A DNA stretch of 64,000 nucleotides, taken from the NCBI RefSeq assembly GCF_021028975.2, contig NC_059435.1:52204001-52268000 (forward strand), written 5' to 3'. This DNA comes from Sphaerodactylus townsendi (taxonomy: Eukaryota). The notes under the pieces were generated by a model. It had not been told where the DNA came from. It worked only from the letters and a program-made list of their open reading frames with translations, and made no database searches. Each line of letters begins with the position of its first letter. Within the stretch, counting starts at the first letter, position 1. Shown here piece after piece: positions 1 to 13,188 of the stretch. Both the position numbers and the translations under genes were made by a program.

Positions 1-493
1 TCTTCCTTTATAAGAGTTTTACCTGAAGCCTCAATCTTTAAGTCATTGCCGTAAAAGGAGATTATAAAATGTTTTTAATAAATAAAACAAACTCAAAGCT
101 GCAACTATGACATCAACCTCATTCAATCCCAAGGGGGAAACAAACCTGAATAATCAGATTTGTTTGGGGAGAAGCTCTAAACATGTTATTCCCCCATTTT
201 AAAACAGTTTATTTTTCATATCTAGCAAGACAGAGAGCATTCAAAGAGGTTCACATAATGCCATCAAAACTTTGCTATTGCAATTGGTATAATTCATGGA
301 CTATCAAAAGATTGAATGTGAACCACTCTGGATCATGAATCTTTTACTAAGGCAAAAAATAACAGTAGTTTTAAAAGTTTGACATCTCAGTGTATTCCTA
401 TTAATAAAACTACCCTGCTATTAAAAGCGCCAACCCATTTGGAACTTGGTGGGAGATATTTTTGAGAGATAAAAATGGCATGTCCGGACTTAC

Positions 494-739
494 AGAGCTT
501 GGGCTGGAATGCCGCCTGATTTTTGGAGATTCCTTCCCAGTAGATGAAGTCTTGAAGTTAATGCAGGCATTGTTCTCTGAATGGACCCTTTTCACTTGAT
601 TATTTGGCTTCTCGAATGGATCAAAAGTGCTTTGTGTCCTCTGAACCCTGACTTTTTTGTCCTCTGGAATTGTGTCCAGGGGTTTGATCACAGAATCCAT
701 TCCTTGGCAGTTCCGTGTAGACATCTTTGTGACACATAT
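494..739 (-). CDS. CDK14: CDK14 coding exon 3 (246 nt, phase 0-0): ICVTKMSTRNCQGMDSVIKPLDTIPEDKKVRVQRTQSTFDPFEKPNNQVKRVHSENNACINFKTSSTGKESPKIRRHSSPSS
   Basis: Translation is nearly identical to the recalled human CDK14 N-terminal region. On the minus strand the acceptor is ctcttttttag (AG at 741-740) and the donor gtaagt is at 493-488. The length is a multiple of 3. Confidence 0.97.
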
Positions 740-2689
740 CTAAAAAAGAGGAGGAAAACAAAAATTATGCAAGCGGATAACTTTTCATTGCAAAAATAGG
801 CATTTCAGGGGTAATACAATGATATTGGGCCTGTTTTCAATTATACCAGTAATATGGAGGTTGGAGAGGTGTTTTTAGGAGAGAGGTGACAGGAATAAGA
901 AAGTGATCCTTTCTGTCTCCCTACCCCAGCCCCATTCTCTATCTGCAAATACCCACCACTCTCAATGAACACATCGCCTGTGGGAAAACACTGCTTTACC
1001 TCATCTAAACAGCTAGGTAGCTACACATCAATGTAACCCTCCAAGGTTACTCAGGTGGATTCCATGACAGAGTATAGATTGAGACCTGGGTCTCCCAGAT
1101 CCTAGTATGATATTCTAACCACTAAACCACACTGGGTCTCATTCATACCCAGACTGACACAGATTGGATCAAATTATGAAGATTCCTTTATCATAGACAA
1201 TACTTAGAATAGGAGTGGCATGGACTACAATTTCCAATAGCCCCTACCAGAATGGCCAATAGATTCTCTGCTGTAAATGTTGTCTTAATCTTGCATTCTC
1301 CATTGTATTGGCAAAAAAATATGCTAGGATCATAAGTTTGCTAAAGCAATACATAGTTTGACCCTTCAGTTTTCCAGAACTCAGAAAAATGAAGTATTTA
1401 AGTATCATATGTTTTTGAAACATTATAAAAACACTTCCACATGCACAAAAAACATGAAGCACACACTTGTATAGATATGTATGTGTTACTTTAAAGAAAA
1501 CAGCAGCTAATAAAAAGCACAGTGTAAAAAGTACAAAATTTTGATAGAAGTTGGCAGTTTAACCCTCATGTTAAAGCTACACCTCAAAGTCTTTTTACCA
1601 TCTGGTCACTGGTATCTACCACATAGTGGTCATTTCCATTAGTTTAAATTTAGATAAGATCATATTAAATAAATTATGCCATACATACTATTGTAGCATG
1701 CATAACATGATTGTGTTTTAAACCAATGCTTACCCAATATAATTACATTATATTACTCAGAAAATCAAATTGGTAAATTTCCTAGCCCTGAAACACTGAA
1801 GGTAATTCTCAATGACTCACTAAGGCATATCAATTCAGATTTTTTAAAAGTTTCCAACATTCATGATTAATTATATCACCTGTACCTGCTTATCTTCATA
1901 TCTCTGTGCTGGTCATTTATAAAATTCTTCTTTTCATTGGGGTGTCAATATAAATCATGGCATGATAGTGCTCTGGCATTGTTGAAGCTCAATGTACTAT
2001 TCTCAGTATGATTTGCTTCAAAGGGATTGACCTCATCCATACACTCTTCAAAAACATACTATGTTGTGACTTCAATTATTTTCAGATGCCAAGAGATTTC
2101 AGTTCACAAGTTCTGGCTAAATGTGGCTTTCTCAAGAAACCAAATGGCAAGCGACAGAAATTTAAAAGGTGCCCTAAGTGAGTACTTATTGGGAGGCAAA
2201 CTCAATGCAAGCTCCCAAGTATTCCTTACACAGGGAAGTGAGAAATTAACCCTAGAGCGTGCAAACTTGCTGTCCTGTACATGCATAACATGAAAAACAC
2301 AAAGTGTATGGTTATGAAATATACATCTGAATCTTTATCTCCAGACTGGGGATATGGATGTTCAGAAACTAGTACATTCAAAACAGCCACTTGAGTTTAA
2401 ATTCAAATCAACTAGAAGTGTTTCAATAAAAAGCAATGCTGCCATATTTAAATCATTTTTACTGATTAATGCAATACCACTAATTAATCAGGATCAGGTT
2501 TTTTTAATGCAAGTACGTAAAAATTTCATGACAAGTATACCTTTTCAGCCTCGTCTTTTTAGTAGTAAGAAATGCTTTGTCAGTGAAAATTCCAGCTTTT
2601 ATACAAAAGTATCATCTGAAAACACAGACTAGTTTTATCTTCAGAAGCACTGATTTATTTACTTTATTTATAACCCAAATTATTTTTGG

Positions 2690-2885
2690 GTTATACTTCA
2701 TTTCTCCTAAATGGGAACCCAAAGCATCTTATATAATGTTCTTCTCCATTTTATATTCACAACAACCCTTTGAGGTATGTTAGGCTGAGAATGTGTGACT
2801 AGCCCAAGGTTACTCAGGTGGATTCCATAACAGAGTAAAGATTGAGACCTGGGTCTCCCAGATCCTAGTATGACATTCTAACTGC
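2690..2885 (-). mobile_element. tRNA-derived squamate SINE (Squam3-like), degraded
   Basis: Shares cacaacaaccc...aggctgaga...tgactagcccaaggtcac with the copies at 28736 and 41432. Ends approximate. Confidence 0.7.
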
Positions 2886-2963
2886 TGGGTCTCATTCATA
2901 CTCAGACTGACACAGATTGAATCAAATTAACTAATATTCCTTTACCATGGACAATAATTAGAA

Positions 2964-3087
2964 TAGAAGTGGCCAACCTATGGTGCTCCAGATGTTCATG
3001 GACTAAAATTCCCAACAGCCCCTGCTGCCATGGCCAATTGGAATTGTAGTCCATGAACATCTGGAGCACCATAGGTTAGCCACCCCG
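2964..3087. mobile_element. hAT-type palindromic MITE
   Basis: Long inverted arms (gtggccaacctatggtgctccagatgttcatggact... / ...agtccatgaacatctggagcaccataggttagccac). 8-bp TSD aattagaa/acttagaa. Confidence 0.8.
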
Positions 3088-3321
3088 ACTTAGAAGAACA
3101 CTAACAAGTTACAGTAAAATACTGTTATCAAGAAGTATGAAGATGTGTAACTCTATTATCCAAATCTTTGGTATCTGAATAAAATCTGACTAGATTACAT
3201 CAATTTAAAACATAGTAATCTGTTGAACTCTCCAAACCAGCTTTGTTGAACCCTACGGTGACCCCATAGGTTCACGGCAAGAAACGTTTAGAGGGGGTTT
3301 GCCATTGCCTGCCTCTGTGCA

Positions 3322-3452
3322 GGCTGAGAGAGTTCTGAGAGAACTGTGACTGGCCCAAGGCCACCCAACAGGCTTTATGTAGAAGAGTGAGAAATTGAAC
3401 CCAGTTCTCTAGATTACAGTCCATCGCTCTTAACCACTTTACCACACTGGGT
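3322..3452 (-). mobile_element. Squam3-like SINE fragment, next to an RTE-type tail fragment at ~3257-3320
   Basis: Pol III box-like head (ttaaccact...ccacactgg; ttgaacccagttctc) and SINE body. The adjacent gtttgccattgcc motif is RTE/Bov-B-like. Confidence 0.65.
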
Positions 3453-5567
3453 CTGTACTAAAGAATATCAACTTGGCAGCAAGAGAATTAAAATTCTGAC
3501 CCCAAATATAAGTTGTTGTTGTTATTATTATTTATTCGATTTAATAGACCGCCCTACCCCCAAAGGGTTAGAGAGATTGCAACATGCTGGCTCTATATAC
3601 CTTTCTATGTTCAATTTTGAATCAATATATGAGTAGAAGCAGGAAAAGAAATCAGGACAGGTGATGTTGCATATAGATTTAGAATTAATAAGATACTCAA
3701 GAGCATCAAGCTTCTTTCCTCCAAGCTCTGATGTTTTATCAGATCTTGGCATCTCTACAAGAAGACTACAGAGGGATGTTCTAGGTAAGATGCAAAGAAA
3801 AGGGTGGGAGGGAAGAAACCAATCTGCACTGGCAAAAGCTATTGCTAATCAAAGCTAGCACTGAAGTCAAGTAGATCAAAGGTCCAAAGAGCAACTCCTT
3901 ATTTTTAGAAAGTGAATATGGCTGCAGTTAATGTTTACGGATCTTAAGTTAGTTTGTCTTCATTGTGTACATAATGCTAAGTGGGGGTTTTTACCACTGT
4001 TTTTTAATTGATTGTGAAGCTTTACAATCGTTTATTGTATACAGTAAACAGTTCATTGCATTGGAATCCAACCCTGTAATCCTGCTACACTGTCAGTATT
4101 ATAGTGGTGTAGGTTTTCTGGGAAAAACTGAATGCAACACATTTTCTGGAAAACTTTCCAACTCAACATTAGACAAATTAAATATTTTAAAAATGTTAGC
4201 AAAAGAAGGCATACACACCAGGTCCAAACCAGGATCGTGCTGGGTTTTGTCCTTGCTTTGCATACCACGTTTAGCCCATGTTAAAAAAACTGGCTTGTAG
4301 CACAAAACCCTAACTACTACAGAGAGGCATGCTTTTGAGAATGCCTTTCCCCCTCCCTGAATCTGACATAGTGACAACAATAGTCAGATTACGATATCTC
4401 AAGTGAAAGCCCCTCTGCCCTCTTCATCTTGAGCACAATTTGGAAACCCTGAATGAAAATATCACACATGTGATGAACAAATAAATATATCTGTTCTGTT
4501 GCACTGGTCAACATTTGTTGACCTCAGTGCATATTCTTTGCAAACTGCTCTGGGCAAGGAAAAGCTGACCTAACCACAGAGGAAAAATTCTGTGTCCAGA
4601 AGCTGCACAAAGAAAGTTTAAATCCAGGAATAACACTAACGAGCATAAACTGATACTGCAATAAATCTGCTGGTCTCAATATTAGGAAAGGGGGACACAG
4701 TCTAGGTAGTGGGGCCAACATCTGGAGAGACCTCCAAAGTTCTGCTTTTTAGATCGATGATTTGGGAAATGGACAATCAGGTAAAAATATGAGCTATTTA
4801 AGTGATCAAAAAGGCTTCAAGATTAGCACATTACAAGAACATGAAGGATGACTCCTAACTTCATCTCAAATGAAAGTCAGCTGCTTATGATGTAATCACT
4901 AACTAAAATCTTGTTCAACCTTTTGCCCTTAAGTAACAGGGTCGCACTGTGAATATGCTCCAGAGAATTGCACCTACAAGAGTGTTTCATTATATAAACA
5001 TATGTGGCACTAATTTAAGCCAAAGCCCATTTTGCTGTACAATGGTGGGTGTCACATCTTTCTGCCTAAGATCTCAAGGATGATTCATGCATTGATTTAC
5101 ACTCACGGTCTTGAATATCAAGTGATGACTTGTATGTGTGAATGAACCATCACTCAATTTGCTGTCACCTTTTCACAGCATCAGTTTGCACGCTCAACAG
5201 CCAATGACAGACAACTGACCAAGTGACATGCACACATGCGCATATGAGGGGCCAACACAGGGCTCCTAAATATTCTCTCCCATGCCCAGATCAAAAATGT
5301 ACTACATCAGCTGCATCCAGACCTCTTCTCCAAGGAACAGCAATCAATTCACAGTTGCAGCCCAGAGGCAGTAGTGATTTGAAGACGTTCATGGATCAGC
5401 AGTATTACAGTTTTGCCAAGGATAATAATATTCTCCATAGTGACTGCTCAATTTTCTGTAACGTTTCACATCAAAACTGGCTTACAACAACGGATATTCA
5501 GAATGATAATTATTTGGTGAAATAAAGTAATTGGATTTTGTGGTATGTGAACATTAAGGTCATATGG

Positions 5568-5703
5568 CTGTGGTGGCGAACCTTTGGCACTCCAGATGTT
5601 ATGGACTACAATTCCCATCAGCCCCTGCCAGCATGGCCAATTGTAGGGGCTGATGGGAATTGTAGTCTGTAACATCTGGAGTGCCAAAGGTTCGCCACCA
5701 CTG
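5568..5703. mobile_element. hAT MITE (136 bp), near-perfect palindrome
   Basis: TIR C(A/T)GTGGTGGCGAACCTTTGGCACTCCAGATGTTA. Perfect 8-bp TSD TCATATGG at 5560-5567 and 5704-5711. Confidence 0.92.
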
Positions 5704-8374
5704 TCATATGGGATATGCCAAATGTCATCCAGTTCCCCTCCATAAAGTTCCACCAGAGACTAGTTATCCTGAAGAGGGGGTGGGAGCAAGAGAGGCAAAC
5801 AGAACCATACTTCTTCCATCACAGACTGCTTGAACAAGAGGCTTCATCTACTGTGAACTACTTCTATCATATTTTGTAAATACATCTACAAGCATCATGC
5901 ACCAAGCCCAAAAACTCATGAAAGATAGTTATTACTTGTGCATGTCTATAACTATGAGTAATATTCGTTTAGTCATTTTCTAAAATATCAGATTTCCCAC
6001 AGTAGAGCTTTTAAGACGGTGTGGGGGTGTGGATATATACACTCAGTCTGGAACAAGAGGCATCACTTAGTCTGGGTAAACAATAAAATGGAACAGTATT
6101 TCCATATAACTAATTCCTGCACCTTAAAACCAATTCAATATCCTAATGCAGATCAATTTCACCAGTTTTAAACAAAGCCATTACTGACCTCCAAATAAAT
6201 TACAGTGGCATTAAAAAACTGGTTTACCTACCTCCACTTCAAGCAAGTTCATTTTCATAATGTAAAAAGTTGTAAGTATACATTAACAAGCAAGGAATTG
6301 GCAAGGTCTTGCAAGAGTCACTTAATTTCCTCCTGCATCCTTTCCCCAAACTATGTCCTCTCTCCTCCTAACAGCCCCTTCCTAACAGCCTCCTAACAGC
6401 CTCTACCCTTTTCCTGCTTCATTCCTTCCCACTCACCAACTAACTCTTCTACTATCTGCCACCAAGTCTTCAATTTTATTATGTATATACTTCATTTACA
6501 CCCCATATTTCCCCCAATGGGGACCCAAAGAGGCTCGCAACATTCTCTTCATATAACATCCCAACAACAAATAAGGTTTGCATAATGTTTTCTGTTCGTT
6601 CATTCACAGAGAACATTGATATCAATGTGTATGCATTTTCAGAATCTGATAGGCATGTGGTGCAGGCACCATAAATACATTGCCCTTTAACTATTCTTTA
6701 TCTCACAACCTACAGGTGTCAGATCAGAAAAAGAAACAGAAAATAATTTTGGGCTCATTCTGAATCAAGAAAGCTCCATTCAGAATCTGTGTCCTGACGA
6801 TACCACCACAGCTTGCATCTACCAATGGACCATAGTAGCCTGCTCTGAGATTCTCATCACTCAGTTCAGTGCAAGGCTACATCACAGCAGTGTGGAAGTG
6901 TGGGACACAACCAGTGCTGGCATAGCATGCTTTGAGCAATCATACTTTTCTACAATGGGTGTCAGCAAAAATTCCTGTCGGTTCTGAACGTAGCTACCAC
7001 AGTGACTTTACAAACTCTAACCTGTTCTGAAATTGTCTTCACTCAACCTCATCCCACTGCTGCTGCACTTGTAGAAGTGTGGTCAATATGAGAGAACTGC
7101 TACTCTTGCTAATGAAAACTATGCCTAGGGGACATGAATGAATGTGTTGTTATCCAGACAGTAGTGCTCTACCTGACAGTGATCTATTTGTAAATTGTAT
7201 ACCACATTTATGTGGGTCTGTGAGTGAACAAACGCCTGTTGTATGCTTGAAAAAAGTACTATCTGTGTGTACATACTTGTACATTCACATAATATGTGAA
7301 CCAATGTTTTACATGTGTACAATATAACAACTGAACTCAACTAATATGTAATCCAGCGAAAGGACTCAGGGCAGGTTAAATAGTATGCTTGACAATGATC
7401 ACATAAGGAGGCAAGTCAGGTGTGCCAATGAAACTAGATCTTGACCATCTGAAGGGATAGATGTGCTCCATCACCAAGCAAGAACCTCTGTCTATAAAAT
7501 GGCAGAAGCAAGAGTTGTACAATTTAATTTTATTTGTCAGAAGGCATTATTAAGGCACTTCTTGTTCAAGCACCTCTGCTTCTATCCAGTGTACAAGAAA
7601 AGAGTTCTTCAGTATAAATCAATTACTATAAAGAATTCACAAGACACTCATGGAGATACATAATATGCGTATATAACAGCTCACAAATGTGGTCTACTTG
7701 TGAGAGCTATAAAACCGACAACCAATAAACACACACAAGGTTGCAGTCACTCTTTGCTATAAGGTTTCACATCTGTTGTCTCAACCTACAAGTCAGTTGT
7801 TCTGGAGATTTGCCATCGCAAAAGTACATCTTCATTGCTCAAGCTAGCATATCTACTAGACTGCAGCATTTGGCAGTTCATGCTAAGCTTTTAAATGCTT
7901 TGTGTTTGAGGGATGAGGTTTATACATTTTTTATAGGGATCACCCACTCGTTACTGCACCACTGGCTGATTGCTTACTCAATGCAATGCAAATAAATGTA
8001 CACCATTCCTTCATGAAATACTAGAGATCACCCTTAGGAGGAAGAAAATAATGCAACAATTCTTGGGGAAGAGGAAGATCCTCAGTCTAGTGACCTTTTG
8101 CACACAGAAGCCTCTCATACCTTGTACAGAACCAACCCAATTGCTAAGACATTATGAATCACTTGAAATCGTATGGTACATTTACAGCTTGGTTGTTGTT
8201 CTCATCATTTTAAGCATGAAGTCAACAATGCATAGATTATACTCTCCTTCAGCAGCTTAGCTTTCCAGAACCTACATCTGGAAAGTAGGTCTCCTTCCAC
8301 AAATTTACTTGATCATGCCTGCTCTGATCCCAAACTCAGCCACAGTAATTGCACTGGGTAAGTTCATTAATGTA

Positions 8375-8666
8375 GGAGCCCCAGGGCACAGAGTGTTGCT
8401 GCACTACTGAAGTCAAAGCTCTGCTCATTAACTGAGTTCGATCCTGAAGTCGGTTTCAGGTAGCTGGCTGAAGGTTGACTCAGCCCTCCATCCTTCCAAG
8501 GTCAGTAAAATGAGTACCCAGCTTGCTGGGGGCAAAGTGTAAAAGACTGGGGAAGGAATTGGCAAACCATCCCACAAAGAAACTCTGCCTAGTATGTGTT
8601 GTGATTTGACAGCAGCCATGGGTTCGTAATGACCCAATGCTTGCCCAGGATATAACCTTTACCTTT
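8375..8666 (+). mobile_element. tRNA-derived SINE with central GGTTGACTCAGCC...GGTCAGTAAAATGAGTACCCAG domain and RTE/Bov-B-type tail
   Basis: ggagccc head, B-box-like gagttcgatcc, a core typical of squamate SINEs, a ggggaagg...ggcaaacca tail and an (accttt)n end. Confidence 0.75.
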
Positions 8667-8954
8667 GAGGTTCATTAATTGAAAAAAAAGTATCAATTTA
8701 ATAGAACTTGGGATCTACAAATTACAGCACACTGTTGTATTTCAACAAAATAAAGGTTCACGCTCCTGATCACTGGTTGTGACACTGGTTGTGACACAAA
8801 ATGTTATAAAGTACTGACTCTTGGAGCAGGACTTTAGGCAGCAAATCCAAGGAAGAGAAAGGAGAGAGGAGGTCAAGATAGACTTCTTAAAAAGTAAAAG
8901 CCAGAATTTAAAGAGAGACCAATGTTCTCAAGCCTTGCCTTGAAGAATTATAGG

Positions 8955-9178
8955 ATCATAGAATCATAGAGATGGAAGAGACCACAAGGGCCATCAAGTC
9001 CAACCCCCTGCCATGCAGAAACACAAAATCAAAGCACTCCTGACATATGATCATCCAGCCTCTGTTTAAAAACCTCCAAAGAAGGAGATTCCACCATTCT
9101 CCGGGCAGCTAATTTCACTGTCAAACAGCCCTGACAGTCAGAAAGTTCTTCCGAATGTTTAGGTGGAATCTCTTTTCT
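8955..9178 (-). mobile_element. CR1 LINE 3' end fragment
   Basis: (TTCTATGA)n octamer tail (atcatagaatcataga) followed by typical CR1 3' UTR sequence (agggccatcaagtccaacccc). Confidence 0.8.
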
Positions 9179-9830
9179 TAGGTTTGGTCTTCCTGTTGCC
9201 TTCAACTTTTCCTTGCATTAACTCCTTTTAGTTTATTCAACTTGATATCCTGCCAAATCCAGGCTCAGGGAGGCTAACATATATATTAAATTAAGTTACA
9301 TAGCAAATTACAAATTATATGAATTGCAAAAACAACACTAGGACGTTTGTAAATACTTCCTCCAGAAGGTGATAAATCCATATTACCCATAAAACACATA
9401 CTAACAGCTGGGAAGGGGGGGGGCAGAATTTCCTCTTCACAGAGTCCCACAATTTACTAGCTTCAAGACACAAAAGACAAATCAGACAAAACTATGACAA
9501 ATCCCTTAGCCCACTATCTAAACTAACAATATAGCCCAGTAACAATCCTCCTAACCTAACCCCTTGCTGCGTCTCTGGCATTCTGCCAACAATCTGGCAA
9601 TCAAACACAGATCCTCCAGTAGGTACCTCAAATGGACTAATTTAAAAATCTATGACTCAGTAAACTACACTACCTAGTGGACCCAACAACATCCTTCCCT
9701 AGTCCAGCCAGCCAGAGATCTTATAAAGTACGTCAGTGTCACAACCAGTCAGAGTCAGTTCGGAAGCCCCAGATATCATCAAGCTACCGTTTGAGAGAAA
9801 CGGCTGTGCTATCAACTGTGCTATCAACAA

Positions 9831-10112
9831 GGGAGCAGCAGTGGCGTAGTGGCTAAGAGCAGTGGCTAAGAGCAGGTGCACTCTGATCTGGAGGAACTGG
9901 GTTTGATTCCCCGCTCTGCCGCTTGAGTTGTGGAGGCTTATCTGGGGAATTCAGATTAGCCTGTACACTCCCACACATGCCAGCTGGGTGACCTTGGGCT
10001 AGTCACAGCTCTTCTGAGCTCTCTCAGCCCCACCCACCTCACAGGGTGTTTGTTGTGAGGGGGGAAGAGCAAGGAGATTGTCAGCCCCTTTGAGTCTCCT
10101 GCAGGCGGAGGC

Positions 10113-10168
<56 letters not shown>

Positions 10169-10180
10169 CTGCTTCTTATT
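9831..10180 (+). mobile_element. Squam3-like tRNA SINE, young, with (GCT)18 tail
   Basis: A-box gtggcgtagtgg, B-box ggtttgattcccc, family body, microsatellite tail. Confidence 0.85.
10114..10167 (+). repeat. (GCT)18 trinucleotide repeat
   Basis: Read directly from the sequence. Confidence 0.97.
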
Positions 10181-10539
10181 CTTGTATGCACCCAGTGACC
10201 AGGTTCTGTATTTCTAACAGGAGACGAGCCAGTCTGAATCCTTCCAGGAGCTGTCGAGTCTCTTCAGGGTGGGTGATCCAACTGCAAGTTCTGTGTAGTG
10301 AAAACGAGTAGCAATGGCAACAAGCCAAAGCTTTTGTTGCTGAGATGTTATGAAAATGGAAATGTCCACTGGAGCATCCTCAGTGTCAACAATCTCCCGC
10401 CAGCTGCTCTTATGCATTTTCCTTCAATAATTAACAGAAGCTAGAACCTTGAAATGGACTAATTAAATATTAATTTAAAATAATAAACATAAAAATAATA
10501 GAAAAAAAGGAATCCTGCTCTGCCACCATCCGACTCCAC

Positions 10540-11815
10540 ATTTCCAGTGAATTTTTTCATCCCATGATGTGAGCAAAGTACAACAGCCTCATTTCTGTCA
10601 TTTTAGCTTCTAGGGAGACCTCAGGCTTGATTTGATGTAGAACCAACTTATTTTCCTTTTTTGGTGGTCTACAGTATCCATAAACCTCCCTTCCAGCACA
10701 ATATTTCAAAGGAATCAACTTTCTCCAGTCAGCTGTCTTTACTGTCCAACTTTTATATGCATACACAGTAACTGGGAATATTATGGCATAAATAATTTTG
10801 ATCTTGGTTGCCACTAACACATCCTTGCACTAAAGAATCTTCTCTAGCTCTTTCATGGCCCCTTCCCAGTCTCTGTCTTTTTCTGATTTCTTAGTTTTGA
10901 TTGATGATGGAGCCAAGCAATAGAAAATATCGAACAAATTCAATTTCTTCATCACCAACTTTAAAACTGTATAATTCTTCAGTAGTCATTTCCCTTGTCT
11001 TCTTGATGTTCAGCTATAATCCTACTTTGACCCTTTCTTCTTTAACCATCATCAGTAGTCCTTTCAAGTCTTCACTATTTTCTGCCAGCAATGTGGCATC
11101 ACCTACATGCCTTGAAATTTTCATATTCCTTCCATCAATTTTCACTCCATCTTCATCTAAATCCAATGCAGCTTTCCTTAGGTTATGCATATAGATTAAA
11201 CAGATAAAATATATCCTTGGTCTGACACTGTTACCAATGGACAACCATTTTGTTGCTTCATATTCTGTCCTAATAATAGCCTCTTGCCCAGAGTATAAAT
11301 TGCACCCCAGAATAATGGAATATCGTAGCGCACCCATTTCTTTTAGAACTAGCCATAGCTTTTCATGATCCACACCATCAAAAGCTTTACTGCTTGTCAT
11401 CTATGAAACACAAGCTGATTTTCTTCTGAAATTTTCTCCTATGTTCCAGTAGCCAACTTGAATGTACAATATGACCTCTTTCTTTTCTGAATCCAGATCA
11501 AACATCAGGCATTTCTCATTCCATATATGATAAAAGACTTTGTTGTGAGATTTTGAGTATCACTTTACTTGAGTGAGAAATTAATGTAATGGTTTGTTAA
11601 TTGGTACAGTATTTAACATCTCTCTTTTTTTGAATTGGATTGTCAATTGAGCATTTCCATTGCTTGGTTTTCCATATTTGTTGGCATGTTGAGATTTCTG
11701 GGGCTTGAAGTTACTAATATCCCATCTACTCCTAGTGACTACTTTCTCCCAATAGCTTTGGGTGCTGCTTTCACTTCACTTGCTAAAACTGCAAGTTCTT
11801 CTTCAAAAGATTCTT
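10540..11815 (-). mobile_element. Degraded Bov-B/RTE LINE (RT region)
   Basis: Fragments KAFDGVDHEKLWLVLKEMG, GVKIDGRNMKISRHVGDATLLAEN (decayed YADD) and LEAKMTEMRLLYFAHIM are typical of RTE-BovB. Frameshifted. Confidence 0.88.
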
Positions 11816-12900
11816 GGGCTATCAAAGCACTAGGTTAAGAATAAATGAATACTACACATGCATAAAATATTTTGGCCAACAGAATCAAGACCAAATGTTG
11901 CTATTTACTTTCTGTAAGTGGGTTTATTATTAACACAGGGAGCTCCTGAGTTTATCAAAACAAAATATCCTTGTTCACTCACTTCTTCTCTACAATAGAA
12001 GAAACATGGGATAGTTCATGTAGCTTATTTCCCTGGTTATATTTCTTGGGTGTAAATGTTACCTGAACTAGCTTTTGAGAGCTATGAAATCTACAGATAT
12101 CTCTGTGTATCCAGTGGTATGGGATAGAAATGTTCAGTTTCTAAAGATTATCAGTTGATATTTCAACATCGGGTGTTCATGACAAAATATTTTGATTAGC
12201 TGCAAATCACTCTCCAACATTGTGTTACTCAGTGATTACAGAAGAACAAGGCTTCCACCAGTTAAAGGAATCAGAAGAAGCGTTGGTTTTTATATCCTGC
12301 TTTCCTCTATAATAAGGAGTCTTAAATCGGTTTACAATCACCACCACCACCCACCACCCCACAACAGGCAACTTGTGAAGTAGATAGGGCTGGAAGAGTT
12401 CTGAGAGAACTGTGAATAGTCAAATAGGATGAGACAAAAAAGTTGTTATACTGTCAGCTCACATCAGATTGAGACTTCAGAGGAATCCTGTTTCAGAGTC
12501 TGTCTTTTATAGGAAAGCAGCCAGCACAGGGAATGTTTGAGAAAGAGATGGTTGCTGTATCATGGTCCAATTTCTGAGGAAAGCTGGGTTAAAGATCTGC
12601 AGATGCTGGGGGAAGCGCATCTTCACAGTGTGAGAGATCTGAAGATGAGGGGAGGCTAATGTTTATCTCAAAAATAAAAGCCTGGATGATAACTGTTCTG
12701 TGCACCGAGGAGTTGACAACTGAAACATGATAACATAATGAGCCCAGCAAAAGCTGTGTGTTACCTATAAATAGCTTTAACCATCTTTCCTTAACAATCT
12801 GATTTCTCCTATCACTGGAAGTTAATAAAAGTTACTTTTTAAAATTCTGTTTTCCTGACGTCTTATACGAAATGACTGCATTTGGAAGGCCATTTGGGTT

Positions 12901-13188
12901 TAAAAGGTAAATTTTCCCCTTCAGTCATATCCGCCCCTGGGGTATCATTGCAAGCAGTGATTTTATAGGCAAGCTGCTTCTGTGGGGTAGTTTGCCATTG
13001 CTTTCCCCAGCTATTCTTTACTAGCTACTACCTAGCTACTACCTAGGTACTCATTTACCCACCAAGAAATGGAGGGATGGCTGAGTTGGCCATGAGCCAG
13101 CTGCCAGGATATCTGACCCACAGGGGGCTCGAACTCCTGACCGTGTGAGTGGCAGTGCAAGCACTTAACCACTACGCCACACAGCTCC
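12901..13188 (-). mobile_element. tRNA-derived SINE with RTE-type tail (related to the 8375 copy)
   Basis: Reverse head gcacttaaccactacgccac...gctcc, B-box ctcgaactc, core ggtactcatttacc, tail gtttgccattgc, aaaggtaaa end. Confidence 0.7.

Noticed and set aside
410-493. C-terminal part of ORF 410..724 (VSPDMPFL...)
   Set aside because: Read-through past the gtaagt donor into intron 3; CDK14 similarity stops at SSPSS.
6290-6460. Similarity to the reverse complement of ~54540-54710
   Set aside because: Divergent copies of an unclassified dispersed repeat with no termini or TSD I could support.
8771-8797. Short tandem duplications here and at ~9805, ~13020, ~44585
   Set aside because: Ordinary 11-16 bp slippage duplications with no sign of function.
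10078-10311. Poly-alanine ORF
   Set aside because: Translation of a SINE-tail (GCT)n microsatellite.
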